In this document: positions 14,506 through 27,403 of the stretch, piece by piece
Layout of the letters: every line of letters begins with the position of its first letter
How positions within the stretch are numbered: position 1 is the first letter of the stretch
Origin: Pavona decussata
Lineage: Eukaryota
DNA: 64,000 nucleotides
Direction: 5' to 3'
Assembly (NCBI GenBank): GCA_977016875.1
Contig: CDRNST010000080.1
Location: 4,526,001-4,590,000, forward strand
Position numbers and translations under genes: made by a program
The notes under the pieces: model-generated
Seen by the model: only the letters and a program-made list of their open reading frames with translations
What the model was told of the DNA's origin: nothing
Database searches by the model: none

Positions 14506-15086
14506 TTTAAACGATTTGTTTTATTTCCTCAGTCCAGCAGGAAAAGGAGATAAGACAAGTGCGTAGTCTTATTGCTTCAAAATCCAGCCATTTATGATTT
14601 ACAATTGCCACCGATTTACGAAAAACTAATAAAAGATTGATGGAAAAGAGCTTACATGCCGATATAAAACACACATGTGGGAGTATTCCCATTGGCTGAT
14701 CGAAATTTTGACACCACAATCCAAATATAAGCTAAGTGACATATCGAATAGAACGTCATTTCTTTGTACTATTATCGCAGGCGTAAGGGGCTATTTAAGA
14801 ACAGTACCTGCTTAAATCAACTTAAATGCCTTCAAATATGAATGAAAATTAACAACGCTCGAGTCAGTGAAACGTGATGGTCACTCAGTTTCTCTGAAAT
14901 CCTCGGAGACGTCGTTTGCTTAAAGAAGAAAGGATGACCTCTGAGTGACAGTTTCAATTTGAGTGAAATATTTTGTTTGCGTACGTGGTTGTGGATGGCA
15001 GATCAGTCGACCCATATTAACAAGAATTCTGAGTTCCTTTCACTGGAAGATAACACCAGGACAGTATTTCATTCATTGCTGAAAAA

Positions 15087-16001
15087 ATGCCTGAAAGCTC
15101 CACTGTGAACGCCGTGATAACCGTTTTGTCAGTTTTAGTCGTGCTGGCCAATGTCACCATATGCCTTTTGGTTATCGCCAACAAATCCCTTCGTACCTAC
15201 ACGAATGGCTTCCTCGTTTCCTTAGCTGTATCCGACATTCTACTCGGCGGTGTGCTTTTCCCGGTGATTCTTACCATTCCAGAGTCGATCGCCAGTGGTT
15301 ATCTCGTCTCAGTGATTCTTCTGTCCGGAGTAGCAAACCATTGCTGCATCACGTTCGATCGATTCATCGCGGTTTGTTATCCATTCTCGTATTCCTTTTT
15401 GATCGACAAATACTTCGCGAAAATGCTCTTGAGCGCTTGGCTTGTGGCCACTGGCACCTCCTTGCTACCCCTATTTTGGAACACTGACACAGCTCTTACA
15501 ATCCATCAAGTTTACCTCTTCATTGAGATAGTGGTTTTCATCTTTGTTCCATATTTGTTGATCTTGATTGCATATTGCTTGGTTTTCAAGAAACTCCGCG
15601 AGCATTTCAAACTTTTGCAAGAGACAAACATCTCGATAACAAGACGAGAACAGGCAAGAAGGCTGTCCTCGGAAGCAAAAATTGCCAAAGTGTGCCTCAT
15701 CCTGATCGCTACGTTTGTGCTCTGTTGGTTTCCAATCATTTACATGACCTCCGCGATGGCGCTCAGGAAACCAGGGATAGTGCCTGACATTTTACCTACG
15801 GTTTCTAAATTTACCCTGGCTCTTTCGTCGCTAATAAATCCTCTCTTGTACTCATTTAAGAAGGAAGACTTCAGAAGTGCCGTAAAGAAAGTTTTTACGA
15901 GAAATCTCATACACGTACAGGTTCATCCAACCGTTCAGAGGAACGGGGCTTCAACGGTACAAGAAATAAGGCCTTGTAGTGGCACAGGTGTACGCAAATG
16001 A
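15087..16001 (+). CDS. Class A 7TM GPCR, paralog 3
   Basis: 304 aa with LRTYTNGFLVSLAVSD, FDRF, CWFP, NPLLY and KEDFR. Confidence 0.95.
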   Translation: MPESSTVNAVITVLSVLVVLANVTICLLVIANKSLRTYTNGFLVSLAVSDILLGGVLFPVILTIPESIASGYLVSVILLSGVANHCCITFDRFIAVCYPFSYSFLIDKYFAKMLLSAWLVATGTSLLPLFWNTDTALTIHQVYLFIEIVVFIFVPYLLILIAYCLVFKKLREHFKLLQETNISITRREQARRLSSEAKIAKVCLILIATFVLCWFPIIYMTSAMALRKPGIVPDILPTVSKFTLALSSLINPLLYSFKKEDFRSAVKKVFTRNLIHVQVHPTVQRNGASTVQEIRPCSGTGVRK

Positions 16002-17124
16002 AAATATTCATGCAAGAGCCCGAGCTGCGTTCAAAGCTTTGGTTTCTTCTTCTTTCTTCTTTGGTTTTTTCTTCTTATTTAAAAACGGTTTAATTTTTGC
16101 TGTTCGAATCAATGCCGAATGTTTCAATTACTTCTGCAACTTGTAACTATGTAAACGAAAAAAAGTGTTCCGTGGTCTTTTAACAGATGCGTACTGAAAT
16201 TGAACAAAAGGTATCGTGCGTGTCATTTGTCTGTATAGTTAAGAATTCTGCAGTATGATTAAGCTTATACAATTTCCATTGAAACGGAGCATTATTTTCT
16301 TGAAAAATTAAAATATTTGCTTAAAAGGAATATTAGCTGGCATTTGATGTACAGTTGAAACAAAGAGATGCTTTCTTTGGACGAATATTTTTAAGTCTTC
16401 CCTTATCAAAAACAGCAAGTTTGGGGCCCTTACCGTTTGTAAGAAAAAACAGTGAGAATTTTCCGCCAAATGGAACACTTCAATTCTCAAGCGCTTTCTT
16501 TTTGTTTAAAAAAACCCCGGTTTTTTTGGAGGAAAATCAAGTGGAACCGTGCTTTCACTGGTAATTTTGGAAAACAAATTGCGTAATTAGAAAAGGAATA
16601 TGTGGTACTAGTGTGATGGAGCAAATGCAAATGGGACAGTGATATTCCGATAATTCCGGTAAAAACGAGACAAGAGGAATGCCTCTCAAGGTATTCCTTT
16701 TTATTCCAAAGAATTTTTAGTGGAAAGAACTTTTCCGCTCGTGGCTTTTTGTTTGTGTGTAAATCAGTTTTCCATTTTGGATGACCCAAAATCTCGGTTC
16801 AATTTTTACAGCGATAAAACGAACTTGACTAGTGAACTCAAAACGTTTAGCGAAAACTAGATTCTTCATAGCATGTTCCGAAAACTGTTATGTACGTGAG
16901 AATATCTACTCGGAAGACCTCAATCGCCAAAGAAATTCGGATGTATCTGCATTAGAAATGTTTTCTCAGACTTTGGTAACCGCAGAAGTAAATTAAGTAC
17001 TTTTGGTTTCGGAGGGTCACAAAAGTGTCGTTTTGATTTTCGGAAAGCGAACTGCAGGTCGTAAAATCGAGGGAGAGGGATGTGCTATCGAAAACGCTTC
17101 TGGTACTCGGAAATTCAGCTAAAG

Positions 17125-17450
17125 AAAACGATCATCAAAAAGAGAAAACAACACTTTGCTCAAAGGTTGTCGTTGAGTACCACTGAATACTTCACTTGCA
17201 TGGTGTTTCATGGACATAAAAACCGTTCGACTGACAGCAAATGTCGCTGCAACGTCAACGTGTTTGTTCACAGACAACGCAAAAACGATCATCAAAAACA
17301 GAAAACGACACTTTACTTATTTGTCATTGGGTACCATTGAATAGCAACCTATACTGAAGTTGCATAGTGTTTGATGGACAACAACACTTTCGGATAAAAG
17401 CAAATGTCGCTGCGACGACAACAAGTTTGTTCACCGACAACACGAGAACG
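17125..17450. repeat. Diverged tandem repeat, about 156-165 bp x2
   Basis: AAAACGATCATCAAAAA, GCAAATGTCGCTGC and GTTTGTTCAC each occur twice at similar spacing. Confidence 0.75.
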
Positions 17451-17699
17451 GTTACTCAATTAAGTTCACATTGTTTTCAAAGTGGCTTGAGCCAAATAAT
17501 GTCAGCCAACGGCGTTCTGCGTCAACAATGATCTCTCTTTACTCTAGTCTGTTTCCTTGAAAATTAACGTTGAAAATAGAAGTATTTAAAAATAATAATC
17601 GCCCTTAAATGGTCCTTCTCTGAATCATTGATTAAAGTACAGGATTTGAGGATAGCAAAAAGCTACTTGTCTGTAATAAAACCATACAAAATGTTTGCT

Positions 17700-18080
17700 C
17701 CTGATAGGAGCACTCGGATTTCTTTTTTCCGAGTATGCCTGCCTGTGTCACTTTCTAGAATAATACATCATTCTCATTCATTCACCAGGCTGGAAATATA
17801 CCATCACATTTATTTCATATACCACACGTTCAACATTCAAATCCTAGCAGTATGCAGGATGTTTGTCCCATGAACCTAGTTTAATGGCCTTAGCTCCCAC
17901 GAGCCTCCTGTAGCTCAGTGGTAGAGCATCCGAACCAGTAATCGGAAGGTCTTAGTTTCGACTCCTGATAGGAGCACTCGTATTTCTTTTTTCCGAGTAT
18001 GCCTGTGTCATTTTCTTGAATAATACATCATTCTCATTCATTCACCAGGCTGGAAATATAGCATCACATTTATTTTATAT
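17700..18080 (+). mobile_element. tRNA-derived SINE-like element with partial tandem (direct-repeat) structure
   Basis: tRNA-like core at 17903-17976 with A box TAGCTCAGTGGTAGAGC and degenerate B box GTTTCGACTCC. The block CCTGATAGGAGCACTCG...CATCACATTTATTT occurs at about 17700 and again at about 17963. Confidence 0.75.
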
Positions 18081-19475
18081 AACAGAACTTGTTCTCCCAA
18101 AGAAGACGCACAATGTTCAGGTACGTTTTGAGCACTGAAGATATTACAAGTGCTTTCTGAGGCGTTTATCTCGTTTACATTTTGTGGAGGCAATCATTGT
18201 TAACTTCAAAACTAAATTGGTATCACAATGTATGAATCCAACAATTTTTAATTCCGAAGAAAATGACTTATTTTCTCGTCAATGCGCAACGTTTTCATTC
18301 AGTCATTCAAAGGAAGTTCTTGCGCTAACGTATTTTTTTTTAATGTAAAAGGACGGTGCCTTTGATGTTTGAATGAAGGCAACTAAAAGCCTACCTTTTT
18401 AGCAAACTTTCAAGTGGCCGTCACTAAGTACTCGCTTATACGGTTCACACCTGCGATAAACACCTTGTCTAATAACTTTCTCATTTCCCGTGAAGTTCAG
18501 TATTCCTTAATATCCACTGATATTACACCTTTTGGCGACAATTCAGTGATGATCCATGGATGTAAGATTGAAGCATTAACTCCTTACACATAAGCAATCA
18601 CAGTTTAGATGAAAAACTGTAAACAAAATTTTGCTGTAATTTAAAATTGCAGAACCCCTACCACCTTATTGCACGCAAGTTTCAGAACAATTTTAAGTAA
18701 TTGGGTAATATTCAAATATATCCATGAAAAAAGGGTTATGAAATGTTAATTTCGATGCATCGTTTAATCTCTATAATTTTTCAATTTCCTTCAATTTGAA
18801 GAAGATCTGAAATAAAGGCGAAAGTATTTTAACGGTGTGCTAGTTTCCCAAATAAAAATGAAGATGAAACCAATTTCATATTCTCTAAGTATTCATCTTT
18901 GACGTAGCCGGTGATATCAGTGCAGTTTAGCTTTAGAATTTACAAAATTGTCAAAAATTAAGTCATACATTATTTATGCTTTAAATGAAGAAGTTATTAT
19001 TTATATTTTATGTGATCGAAAGCTTAACATTTAAAATAAAAGCCAAAAGATTGAAATATTGTTTTGCGTTTTAGAAGAAGAACGCGGGGGCGCCAGTAGC
19101 TTTTTTCCTGCTTCTAGAAAGAGTGAGGAAGGAGTTGGGAAAATCAAATAACAGTGAAGTGAAAAGCTGACGTTGAAAATGACGTTTACTTGTCAGACAG
19201 CAGGAAATGAAAAGAGGATGTTCCGAAAGATCAAATAACAAGGCAAAACTATCAGGTCAGCCTCAGTATTTAAAATGTAAATTGGTTTTTGATTTCTATC
19301 ACTCATTTCCTCACTGCCGTCATTCAGAAAATTAACATTTGTTTAGAATTTGTTTTGAACTTATATTACACGTCGGACATCTGTCATCTAGCGTTCAATG
19401 TAACAAGGACAAGAGAAAAAACAGATCCACGGCCGGCGATTTCTTCACTATTCCTCAGTGGGATTATCATCCACT

Positions 19476-20396
19476 ATGAGCGAATCCTCTTGGATGTTCA
19501 TCAGTCTGACCTGTATATCCGTGCTCATAGTAGTCACAAACGTAGTGCTAAGCGTGTTTGTTGTGACAAGCGCTCGTCTTCGTACGTGCACCAATGGATT
19601 TCTAGTCTCTCTGGCTGTGTCTGATCTTCTTACTGGTGGATTGTTGTATCCCATTCATCTTAGTGGTCCTAATTCACCGGTCGCTGCATCAGGAGGCTAT
19701 GTGAGTGCATTCGTTCTGTTGTCAGGCGTTGGAAACATTTGTTTGGTGACTTGGGATCGTTACATAGCGGTCACTAAACCATTTCAGTACAGGAAAATAG
19801 TAAAAAGCCATTTTGTAAAGCTGATAATCATCACTTGGACAACAGCATTAGTGATTTCTGTCTTACCCATTACGTGGCTGACAAACCCTGATGTGGTAAT
19901 CCATAAGGTGTACCTATTTTGCCTAATGGGATTCTTCGTCGTCATCCCATATGCTGCAATATTTTTCGCTTACTACAAAATCGGTCAGCGATTAAAGAGA
20001 CAGTACCAAAAAATTCGAAATTATTGCGCAAATTCTCCACAGTCGAGAAGAGTAAAATCAGAAACAAAAGTGGCCAAGGTTTTTCTTGCTATAGTCATCC
20101 TATTCGTGTTATCGTGGCTTCCCATTATTTATATGACAACAGTGAACATTGTGGACAGACCCGATTTATCTCCCGTTGCTCTACAAACTGCCTCTCTTTT
20201 CACTGTAGCTTTGTCGTCTTTGGCGAATCCTTTACTGTACGCGTTTATGAAAGAGGATTTTCGACGAGAATTCGCGAAACGGTCATCGGTGCGAAGGAGA
20301 CCTGTGTCTGAAAGCGGGATGGAGATGAAAAGCACAGTATCAACCACGTGTGCCGTGCCATTGCAACCTTCGCTGAAGTATCTACAGTTAGCGTGA
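19476..20396 (+). CDS. Class A 7TM GPCR, paralog 4
   Basis: First ATG at 19476, following an acceptor-like TTCTTCACTATTCCTCAG. Motifs: LRTCTNGFLVSLAVSD, WDRY, SWLP, NPLLY, KEDFR. Confidence 0.95.
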   Translation: MSESSWMFISLTCISVLIVVTNVVLSVFVVTSARLRTCTNGFLVSLAVSDLLTGGLLYPIHLSGPNSPVAASGGYVSAFVLLSGVGNICLVTWDRYIAVTKPFQYRKIVKSHFVKLIIITWTTALVISVLPITWLTNPDVVIHKVYLFCLMGFFVVIPYAAIFFAYYKIGQRLKRQYQKIRNYCANSPQSRRVKSETKVAKVFLAIVILFVLSWLPIIYMTTVNIVDRPDLSPVALQTASLFTVALSSLANPLLYAFMKEDFRREFAKRSSVRRRPVSESGMEMKSTVSTTCAVPLQPSLKYLQLA

Positions 20397-20704
20397 AATA
20401 TGGGTAAACGCAAAGTAATTTATAGTTGCTTTGACACATTTATATCACAAACAAAATATAAAACAAAATTGCTTACTAAACGAGTTTCCCATGTAATAAC
20501 TGTACTGAGAGAATTAACTCTTTTCAGGTTAGAAGCCATTTATATCACATAATTCATGGATTGATCAATTTCAGCTTCGTTTGAGTAAAGCTTACACGAA
20601 TGGCAAGTTCAATGGTACAGGAAGTTTTCAATTTTTACAGAAAATACATTACAAACTGTTTACTCTCGAAATTCACCTGCTCCAAAAGAGGTAGTGAGAT
20701 TTGC

Positions 20705-21000
20705 GTGAATAATGTAACTATGCAAAAAATCGGATTCGCTATTCCCCAAAGTGATGGATGGGACAACAAAAAACAACACTTACGCTAATGGACCTTAATG
20801 GTAGCTTTCCTAGTGTAAAGATGACTTGACTGTTTGCGAATGCACCTGCTGCAGACGAGGTACAAATACTTGTGTGAACAATGTAACTACGCAAACAATC
20901 AGACTCAGTGTCCTCGAAAGGGTAAGGACAAAAACAAAACAGAACACTATACTTTATATAATGGACCATGTTTCCTAGTGCAAAGAAGATTTGACTGTCA
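20705..21000. repeat. Diverged tandem repeat, about 170 bp unit, between the convergent GPCR and KCTD 3' ends
   Basis: GTGAAyAATGTAACTAyGCAAA and TTTCCTAGTGyAAAGA...TTGACTGT each occur twice. Confidence 0.7.
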
Positions 21001-21202
21001 GCGACTGTTACAGAAAATGTCATCAATTTGTGTATGTGTTATATGTGTGCTGAATGGACAACAGGAGGAGAACAGTGAAGGTCCAATGGAAAAACGGCCC
21101 TAGGGTAACTGGTAATACTACAGTCAGTTACCTATAGATAGCTTTAAAGAGATAGGTCCATGTTTACGCTTGTCATTTCCTAGATGCAGTCCCGGCATGT
21201 TT

Positions 21203-21823
21203 TCAACCTCTACGGAGGAAGAACCATTCGTTGACGGATTGATCCCCAGGATGAGAGAGACTCGTCATCACTTCAAATCCGTAGTTAGTTATTTCTTGCA
21301 GTATTGCCGCAGTTGACGAGTCCGCCTGTGCTCTGTCGAAAGAAAATGCGAGGGGGCTACTGACACAATCATGCCTTCGAAAAATTTCCTGCAGTATGTG
21401 CTTCTCGGCAAAAATTGTCAAGAGTGTTTCAAGTCCATGTCTATCTCTGTCCAGCGTCAGACGAATTACTTGATTTCTCGTCATAGATCTTTTGGATCTT
21501 GTGGATTTGATTTCCTTCAGGGCGTCAATCATTTGAGAAATTTGATAGAAATCGGCCTCTTCCATCAGCTGATCAAATTCTTGGAAATTCTCAGGTAAAT
21601 TCAACTTAGACGAGCGCAAGAAATTCAAAACGTAGCGGAACATCGGGCCGTCGCGATCAATGAAGAAACTTCCTCGCGAATCTTTGGCTACTGGGCGTCG
21701 TCCGCTGAACATAACGCCCAACATAGAATCAGGATACCTGGTGAGACTAGCTAACGATGTGGTGTAAACATGGCCACCAACGTTCATGTCGACTATCGAA
21801 GGAAACGTTTGAACTTTTTCCAT
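21203..21823 (-). CDS. KCTD-family BTB/POZ (T1-type tetramerisation) protein
   Basis: 206 aa with the KCTD BTB signature MNVGGHVYTTSLASLTRYPDSML...FFIDRDGPMFRYVLNFLR...EADFY. A polypyrimidine acceptor lies just upstream on the - strand (about 21850-21870). Confidence 0.93.
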   Translation of the reverse strand: MEKVQTFPSIVDMNVGGHVYTTSLASLTRYPDSMLGVMFSGRRPVAKDSRGSFFIDRDGPMFRYVLNFLRSSKLNLPENFQEFDQLMEEADFYQISQMIDALKEIKSTRSKRSMTRNQVIRLTLDRDRHGLETLLTIFAEKHILQEIFRRHDCVSSPLAFSFDRAQADSSTAAILQEITNYGFEVMTSLSHPGDQSVNEWFFLRRG

Positions 21824-22190
21824 TTCGTTCAGCTGTTAAACCTTGGGCTGTTAAACGAAGAAATCAGTATGTAAGACTAAGCGTTACTCTTCGTTTCAAC
21901 CATGATATCATACTTAACTCTTATACAGGTCAACAATAAGCCTCTGCCAGAGTTTCAAGTTGTGTGCGGACACGAAATTCACTCACATTACAGGAGTGGG
22001 TACTCTTACGGAAGTTTCAGTTTTCGGGCCCCTTACTGGCAAATTAAGTAGGCCACGGGACTCTTGGGTAAAGTTGGCACAACTTAAGAATTTAAGAAGA
22101 TCGCAAGTTTTCTCTTCCGTACACTTTACAGTTTGCCTGTCCACCACAATCTGAGAATTTTGTCCTTTCACGAATTAAACGTCAACTGAA

Positions 22191-22397
22191 AGGACCGTTT
22201 ACACGACAGCCAAAAAAGGGTACGGACCCGTTAAAAAGTGCTACGGTACCCACAATTTTGAAAGAAATACTCGTGATGTTTTGGGCCCATAGGCGCCTAT
22301 GGACCCAAAACAGCACAGGTATTTCTTTACAAAATTATGAGTACCGTGCCACATTATAACTGGTTCGTACCTTTTTTGCCTGTCATGTAAACGGCCT
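22191..22397. mobile_element. Foldback MITE
   Basis: Termini AGGACCGTTTACACGACAG... and ...CTGTCATGTAAACGGCCT. It is palindromic through to the centre CCATAGGCGCCTATGG. Confidence 0.8.
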
Positions 22398-22575
22398 TTC
22401 TGATTTGTTTAGTTTTTGTGGATAAACACGTCAAAAATGGCAATCTTTGTACGGAAATCCAAATAATTTCCAAAAAAGTTGAATTCTCGACAAATTTCGA
22501 CATTTTGCCATCACACGCGTATTCGTGGAAAATTCAAAACACTTTAGGGTACTTCCTACCTCAGCTATATACGGT

Positions 22576-23256
22576 AGGCCTGTGACGAAAACTCACACCT
22601 CGAAAACCGAAAAACTCAGATCCTCTGGATGTCTCGAAAAATCAAACCCGGTGTGCGATAGCTCAGCTAATTGCTTGTTTAAATAAAATAGCTTTCGAAC
22701 TTGGAGCCGCCATGTTTGATATGCCTTGTGTGATGTTATGTCACGCTGCTGTGACCGGATGTTAAAAAACGTTCATATTGTTAAAAAATACAGCAATAAC
22801 TCATGATGGAAGCTAAAATGATACAACCATTTTGAAAGGAAGAAGTAAGCAACGAGACAACGAAAAATAATAAATTGGCGCGAAAGTATGTCATTAACCA
22901 GAAAAAAATGGTCATTGACAGGTGATGTAATCAAGGCATTTATAGTATTTTGACCTTGAATGAACTAATAGAAGTGTTTGTTTATAAACTTACTGTTTTT
23001 TAAAAGTGAAATGTATTTGATGTTTGGAAAGAATGCGATTGTCGACTAGTTTGCCTAATTGCGGTATTTTTGATATGAACCTTATCAACATCCGGTCACT
23101 GCTGCGTGACATAACAGAACTTAATGTCACACATTAAGGTTACAAGTTCGAAACCTATCTTCTGAAACAAGTAATCTATGGCATTTATAGCTGAGCTATC
23201 GAGCACTGGGTCTGAGTCTTCCAAATATACGGAGGGTCTGAGTTTTTGTCACACCT
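22576..23256. mobile_element. MITE with long imperfect TIRs
   Basis: Nested inverted pairs: TGTGACGAAAACTCA/TGAGTTTTTGTCACA, CGATAGCTCAGCTA/TAGCTGAGCTATCG, GTGACCGGATGTT/AACATCCGGTCAC. Confidence 0.8.
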
Positions 23257-23759
23257 TATATAATTCCCGGGATATAATTATACAAACACTGTTTTTAAAA
23301 TACAGTTGATCGGTGATTTGTCTAGTACTGTACTGATATCGATGTTTCCCATTCACGTGGCATTTTCAGAATTCACCTTTTAACTGGGTTTTTGACATAA
23401 GATCCCAGTCAACGTAATTTCTGCCGTGTTTGCCTTCTAACAAAACTGATGGCATCTAAACCTCGCCGAGGCTATAAATATGACGACTGGTAGCCAGTGT
23501 GATAACTTTTTAATGGCGAAACGAGGAGCACACTGACTTCAACATTTCAGCAGCATTAATTGTAGTGTGAATACTGTACAGGCAATTGCGATGTTAAATA
23601 TTCAAATATGAGTTTTTGAAAGACAAGCGGAGGCATTGAGCAATCGGCCCCAAGTGGTCATATCTTAAAGGTCAAACTTAACTGATTTCCACCGCCGGAT
23701 TCCTTGAGCCCTGTTAATACTTTACAACACGAAACATCGTAAACTTTGGGTTAAACGCA

Positions 23760-23940
23760 TGAACTTACCTTCCTTGAAATGATAAGACAGCTAAAAATCG
23801 TTGTATTCAGACAGACGTGTCTTCCTCACAATATGGCGACGCCGCTTATCATGGAAAGTGAGAATAAACCGATTTCCGGTTGTGACCACAATCATCACCA
23901 ACAAGATGTCACGTTCTGTTAATTGCGTGACGTGATGTCT
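23760..23940. promoter_or_regulatory. Possible Pol II promoter and first non-coding exon (for the KCTD at 21823 or a divergent transcript)
   Basis: YY1-like AATATGGCG at about 23830, ETS-like TTCCGG at about 23874, GTGACGT at about 23927, and a minus-strand splice donor AG|GTAAGT at about 23768. Confidence 0.35.
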
Positions 23941-25177
23941 CTGCGCCGATTGCACGATTTAATTTTTCACAAGCTAATTTCTCGGCCTCTCCTGGAAAAA
24001 TCGATTGAACAGGTATAGCAGACTTACGTATTGTGAAAAAGGTGAAAAGAAAGAAACGGTAACAATGCTACATTGTTGTTGGGGATCATTATCAGCAGCT
24101 GGACATACGACGCTAAATAAAAGTTGCTCTTCAGTTAAATTATGTAATTCTCTCTTCCAAAAGTTCCTTACGTGATTCGAATCGTTTAACAGTAAAGTTC
24201 GCATTTTTAAACCCATTAAGTTCTTACTTTAAGACTCATTAAAGTGTGCACGTACTTTTGAACGTGCGTTCCTTGACTGTTATTTCTAAAGGTGAAATAA
24301 TAATTGAGAAAACCCATAATTGCAGGACCCAGTTCTTTTCAAAATGCCTTCACATAATGGCTTTTTATGGGCACTGGAATGTCCACTGTGTTACAAGCTT
24401 GCCTGTTGGCAGGGCGCAACTGTAGGTAAACATTGTCATTTCTTTCGAAGAACTACGTACTGGTTTATTTCTGTTTTTAAACGGTTGTAGCGCTACTTCA
24501 CAAGATAACGGCTGCATTTCCCAATGCCTGGCTCGTGCCCAGGCGTATGCGGTTCGCTTGAATATCAGGCTTTTCGGGGGGTGGGGGAGGGGTGGTGGTA
24601 TTCAGTTGCTGTGACGTTTAGAGTCCTTCCCATGAAGCCCTTCGCTCCTTTTTCCTGCTCTTTTCCTGAAATGCGTTGAATTGGCGCCTGGGATGAGGCA
24701 ACCCCAGTGGTTTCGACAGGTGTGGGAAAAGCATGTTTTCTGCTCTCGCGGGGAATTCACAATTGTTTATTTGTCTACTCGTGTGAACTTGCAAGCGTGA
24801 TGCACAATGATTTTTTTTTTTTAAGTTCAGAATCCGTCATTAGCTACAATCCTGGCCAATTGGTTTAGGGACACTTGACATTGACCTAACCGCAAAACGA
24901 GGGCTCGCTGTTTAAGATGGCAATCGTTTCAGTAGACGATTTTCAAAATCAATTTCGTTAGTTTGCCACTTGCATGCAAGGCAATGTGGTCAACAATTTC
25001 TTTGACTTCTTTGGCATAATTAATTACTATGTTCAATATCATACGAGACTTGGAATTTATGGGTGCAATTATTGGAAAAACACACGGAAAATTTTACCGA
25101 CAACTCTCGACCGTAAAAATTGCTATTTAGGAAAAAGTTAACCAGCTTAGACCAACCTTGCACCCAGGGTCTCTTAA

Positions 25178-25507
25178 GGCCCGTTTAATCGGTTTCAACA
25201 TTTACCCAATATTCGTTAAACAAAAGTTGAACCAGCGGATGTTGGGCAAATGTTGGATGAACGGAGTGTTCTGAACGGTTTCAACGCCATTCAACATTTT
25301 CAAGAACAAAGGAAATGTTGAATCGATGTTGAATGAAAGTTCAAACCAGTTTAAATTTGATTCAACAAAGTTTCAACAATCTTTCAACGTTTTTTTCACG
25401 CTTTCAACAACGTTGAACGACCTGTTCAAACGCCCCCGACATTTGGTTCAACAACTGTGTTGAACGCATGTTTAGGCAAATGTTACCGGAAACCGTTTAA
25501 ACGGGCC
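25178..25507. mobile_element. PIF/Harbinger-like MITE
   Basis: TIR GGCCCGTTTAA...TTAAACGGGCC, preceded by TAA (the right flank is TTT, so the TSD is imperfect). Contains internal TTCAAC/GTTGAA repeats. Confidence 0.75.
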
Positions 25508-25702
25508 TTTATATAACGTTCACTACCGTTTGGCGAAACGCTTGACAGAGGTATTTCATCTAAATCAGCCGTCACTCTATAGTCCAACCTGAACGTAACA
25601 ACCGGTATGGCACATGAGGGGAGCCGCGTCTGGTACGTTTCTTGTTTTAATTAGTGTATATACTTTCTTTATGGAAACTGGCTGACGTAACAAAAGCTCG
25701 GA

Positions 25703-26000
25703 GTGTAAATATATGAAACGTACATTTGAACTGCGGATGAAAGATTAAATAGAAGAAAGACCCTCGCAGTTAGTACGCAACTTAAGCAGTTGCGAAAAGA
25801 ACGGGATTCAAACCCATGACCTCTGCGATCCCGGTGCAGTGATATCAAACCAACTGGTCATATTGTGAGTTCGTAACATACCCGTGAAGGATGAATAAAT
25901 AAATGTAAATATATGAAACATATATTTGAACTGCGGATGAAAGATCAAATAGAAGAAAGATCCTCGCAGTTAGTAGGGAACTTTAGCAGTTGGGAAAAGA
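25703..26000 (-). mobile_element. tRNA-derived repeat with about 90 bp terminal direct repeats
   Basis: GTAAATATATGAAAC...TTTGAACTGCGGATGAAAGAT...CCTCGCAGTTAGTA occurs at about 25705 and about 25905. A B-box-like GGGTTTGAATCCCG lies on the - strand at about 25802-25815. Confidence 0.7.
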
Positions 26001-27403
26001 AAAAGAGAAGGTTCTTGCCCCTCGCATTCACCTCTGTTTAATGTAAGTTAGTGTGCTCTCGTGTATTGAAGTCAAAGTGGCGATACAATAAATCATGGCA
26101 TCTGCATCTGACATGGACGCCATAAAACCTTAGCGATGGATCATTCACGACTGTATTCTGATAAAAAAAAAAAAATGAAGTAAATACATTCTTTACCTTG
26201 TGAAAGTGTCACCCTACCGTCTTAAAATCGAAACAAATAATAGTGAAAGAAGGTGTTGTTGTTTTCTATATCCATCATGTTAAGACCAAACGAGTTTTTT
26301 AAGACCTTTCACGTAAAAAGGGGGAGTAAATTGACACTATTAAAAAGTGTTCTATCCCCGACCTTTAGCTGCCGAAATACTCTCGCTGATGCTATTAAAA
26401 AGCTCCTACATGCGACAAATGTCAAGGGCCACTTCAATTTCCCTTACATTAAAGAATACTTGGCGTGTAATATATGTAAAATGCACGACTTATCTTAACG
26501 TGTTTCGAGAGTAGCCATTTCAAAGAACCTTAGATGTGGTGGCTTTAAGTCGTACATTTGTTGTTCTTTAAGTGGCAAATTTAAGAACTCTCTAAAATTG
26601 CCGATTGTAAAGAGTTAAAAGGGTGAATATAAAGAGTGTAAATGACTGAGTTGGAATTTAACTGAAAAAGGTAAATTTATCCGCATTCATATGAGGGGTG
26701 ATCTCAAAATAACACTTCCTCATTTCTTTTAATGCAACCTATTATTATACAGTGCATTTAGCATTGTTTATTTTTCTGTTTTGGTATTCCTTTTGTGAAA
26801 AAAAAAAAAAAAAAAAACTAGAAGAAGTCTTGCCAAAAAAGAAATCGTGCTTCAATTTTAATTAAATTGTAGTGATTTCCAAGCTGCCAATTTTGGTTAC
26901 AACAAGTTAAAGAAGACTACAGTAAAGCATCAAGAGAATATGGTTTCTTGGTGAAACTGATAATATACTTTAACTTTGATATTAGTGAATTAAACCGGTG
27001 TCTACGCCAGTGAGCAGCTAAGCTTCCCAGTTTTGTTGCAATCCACGCCAACACAGTTTTGACCGAATACTTTTTATATTACCTTAAACATCGTATAAAG
27101 ATTCCATGTTCAGTGTCATTGATTACATCGTGAAACTGAATCGGAACTATCCTTCCTAAAACAAGACAATGTATCATGAATGATAGACAGTATATTGGGC
27201 AGAGTAACTTGTTCTCTATTACATGCAATATCAATCAGCCACTCCCAGCATAGTAACGATACTAATTTGTTTAGTGTCAGAGGTTCATTAACTTTAGTTT
27301 ACCACGTTTTTGTTCAGATAACTGTCCATAACTATCTTCCTATGTTAAGTTCAGAATAAAGGTCTACCGCTTAAACACCGTGTGTTAGAGAAACTTGCCG
27401 AGA

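Noticed and set aside
17903-17976. Functional tRNA gene
   Set aside because: The anticodon loop is 8 nt, the T-arm and B box are degenerate, and it is embedded in a dispersed repeat. Treated as a SINE-like head.
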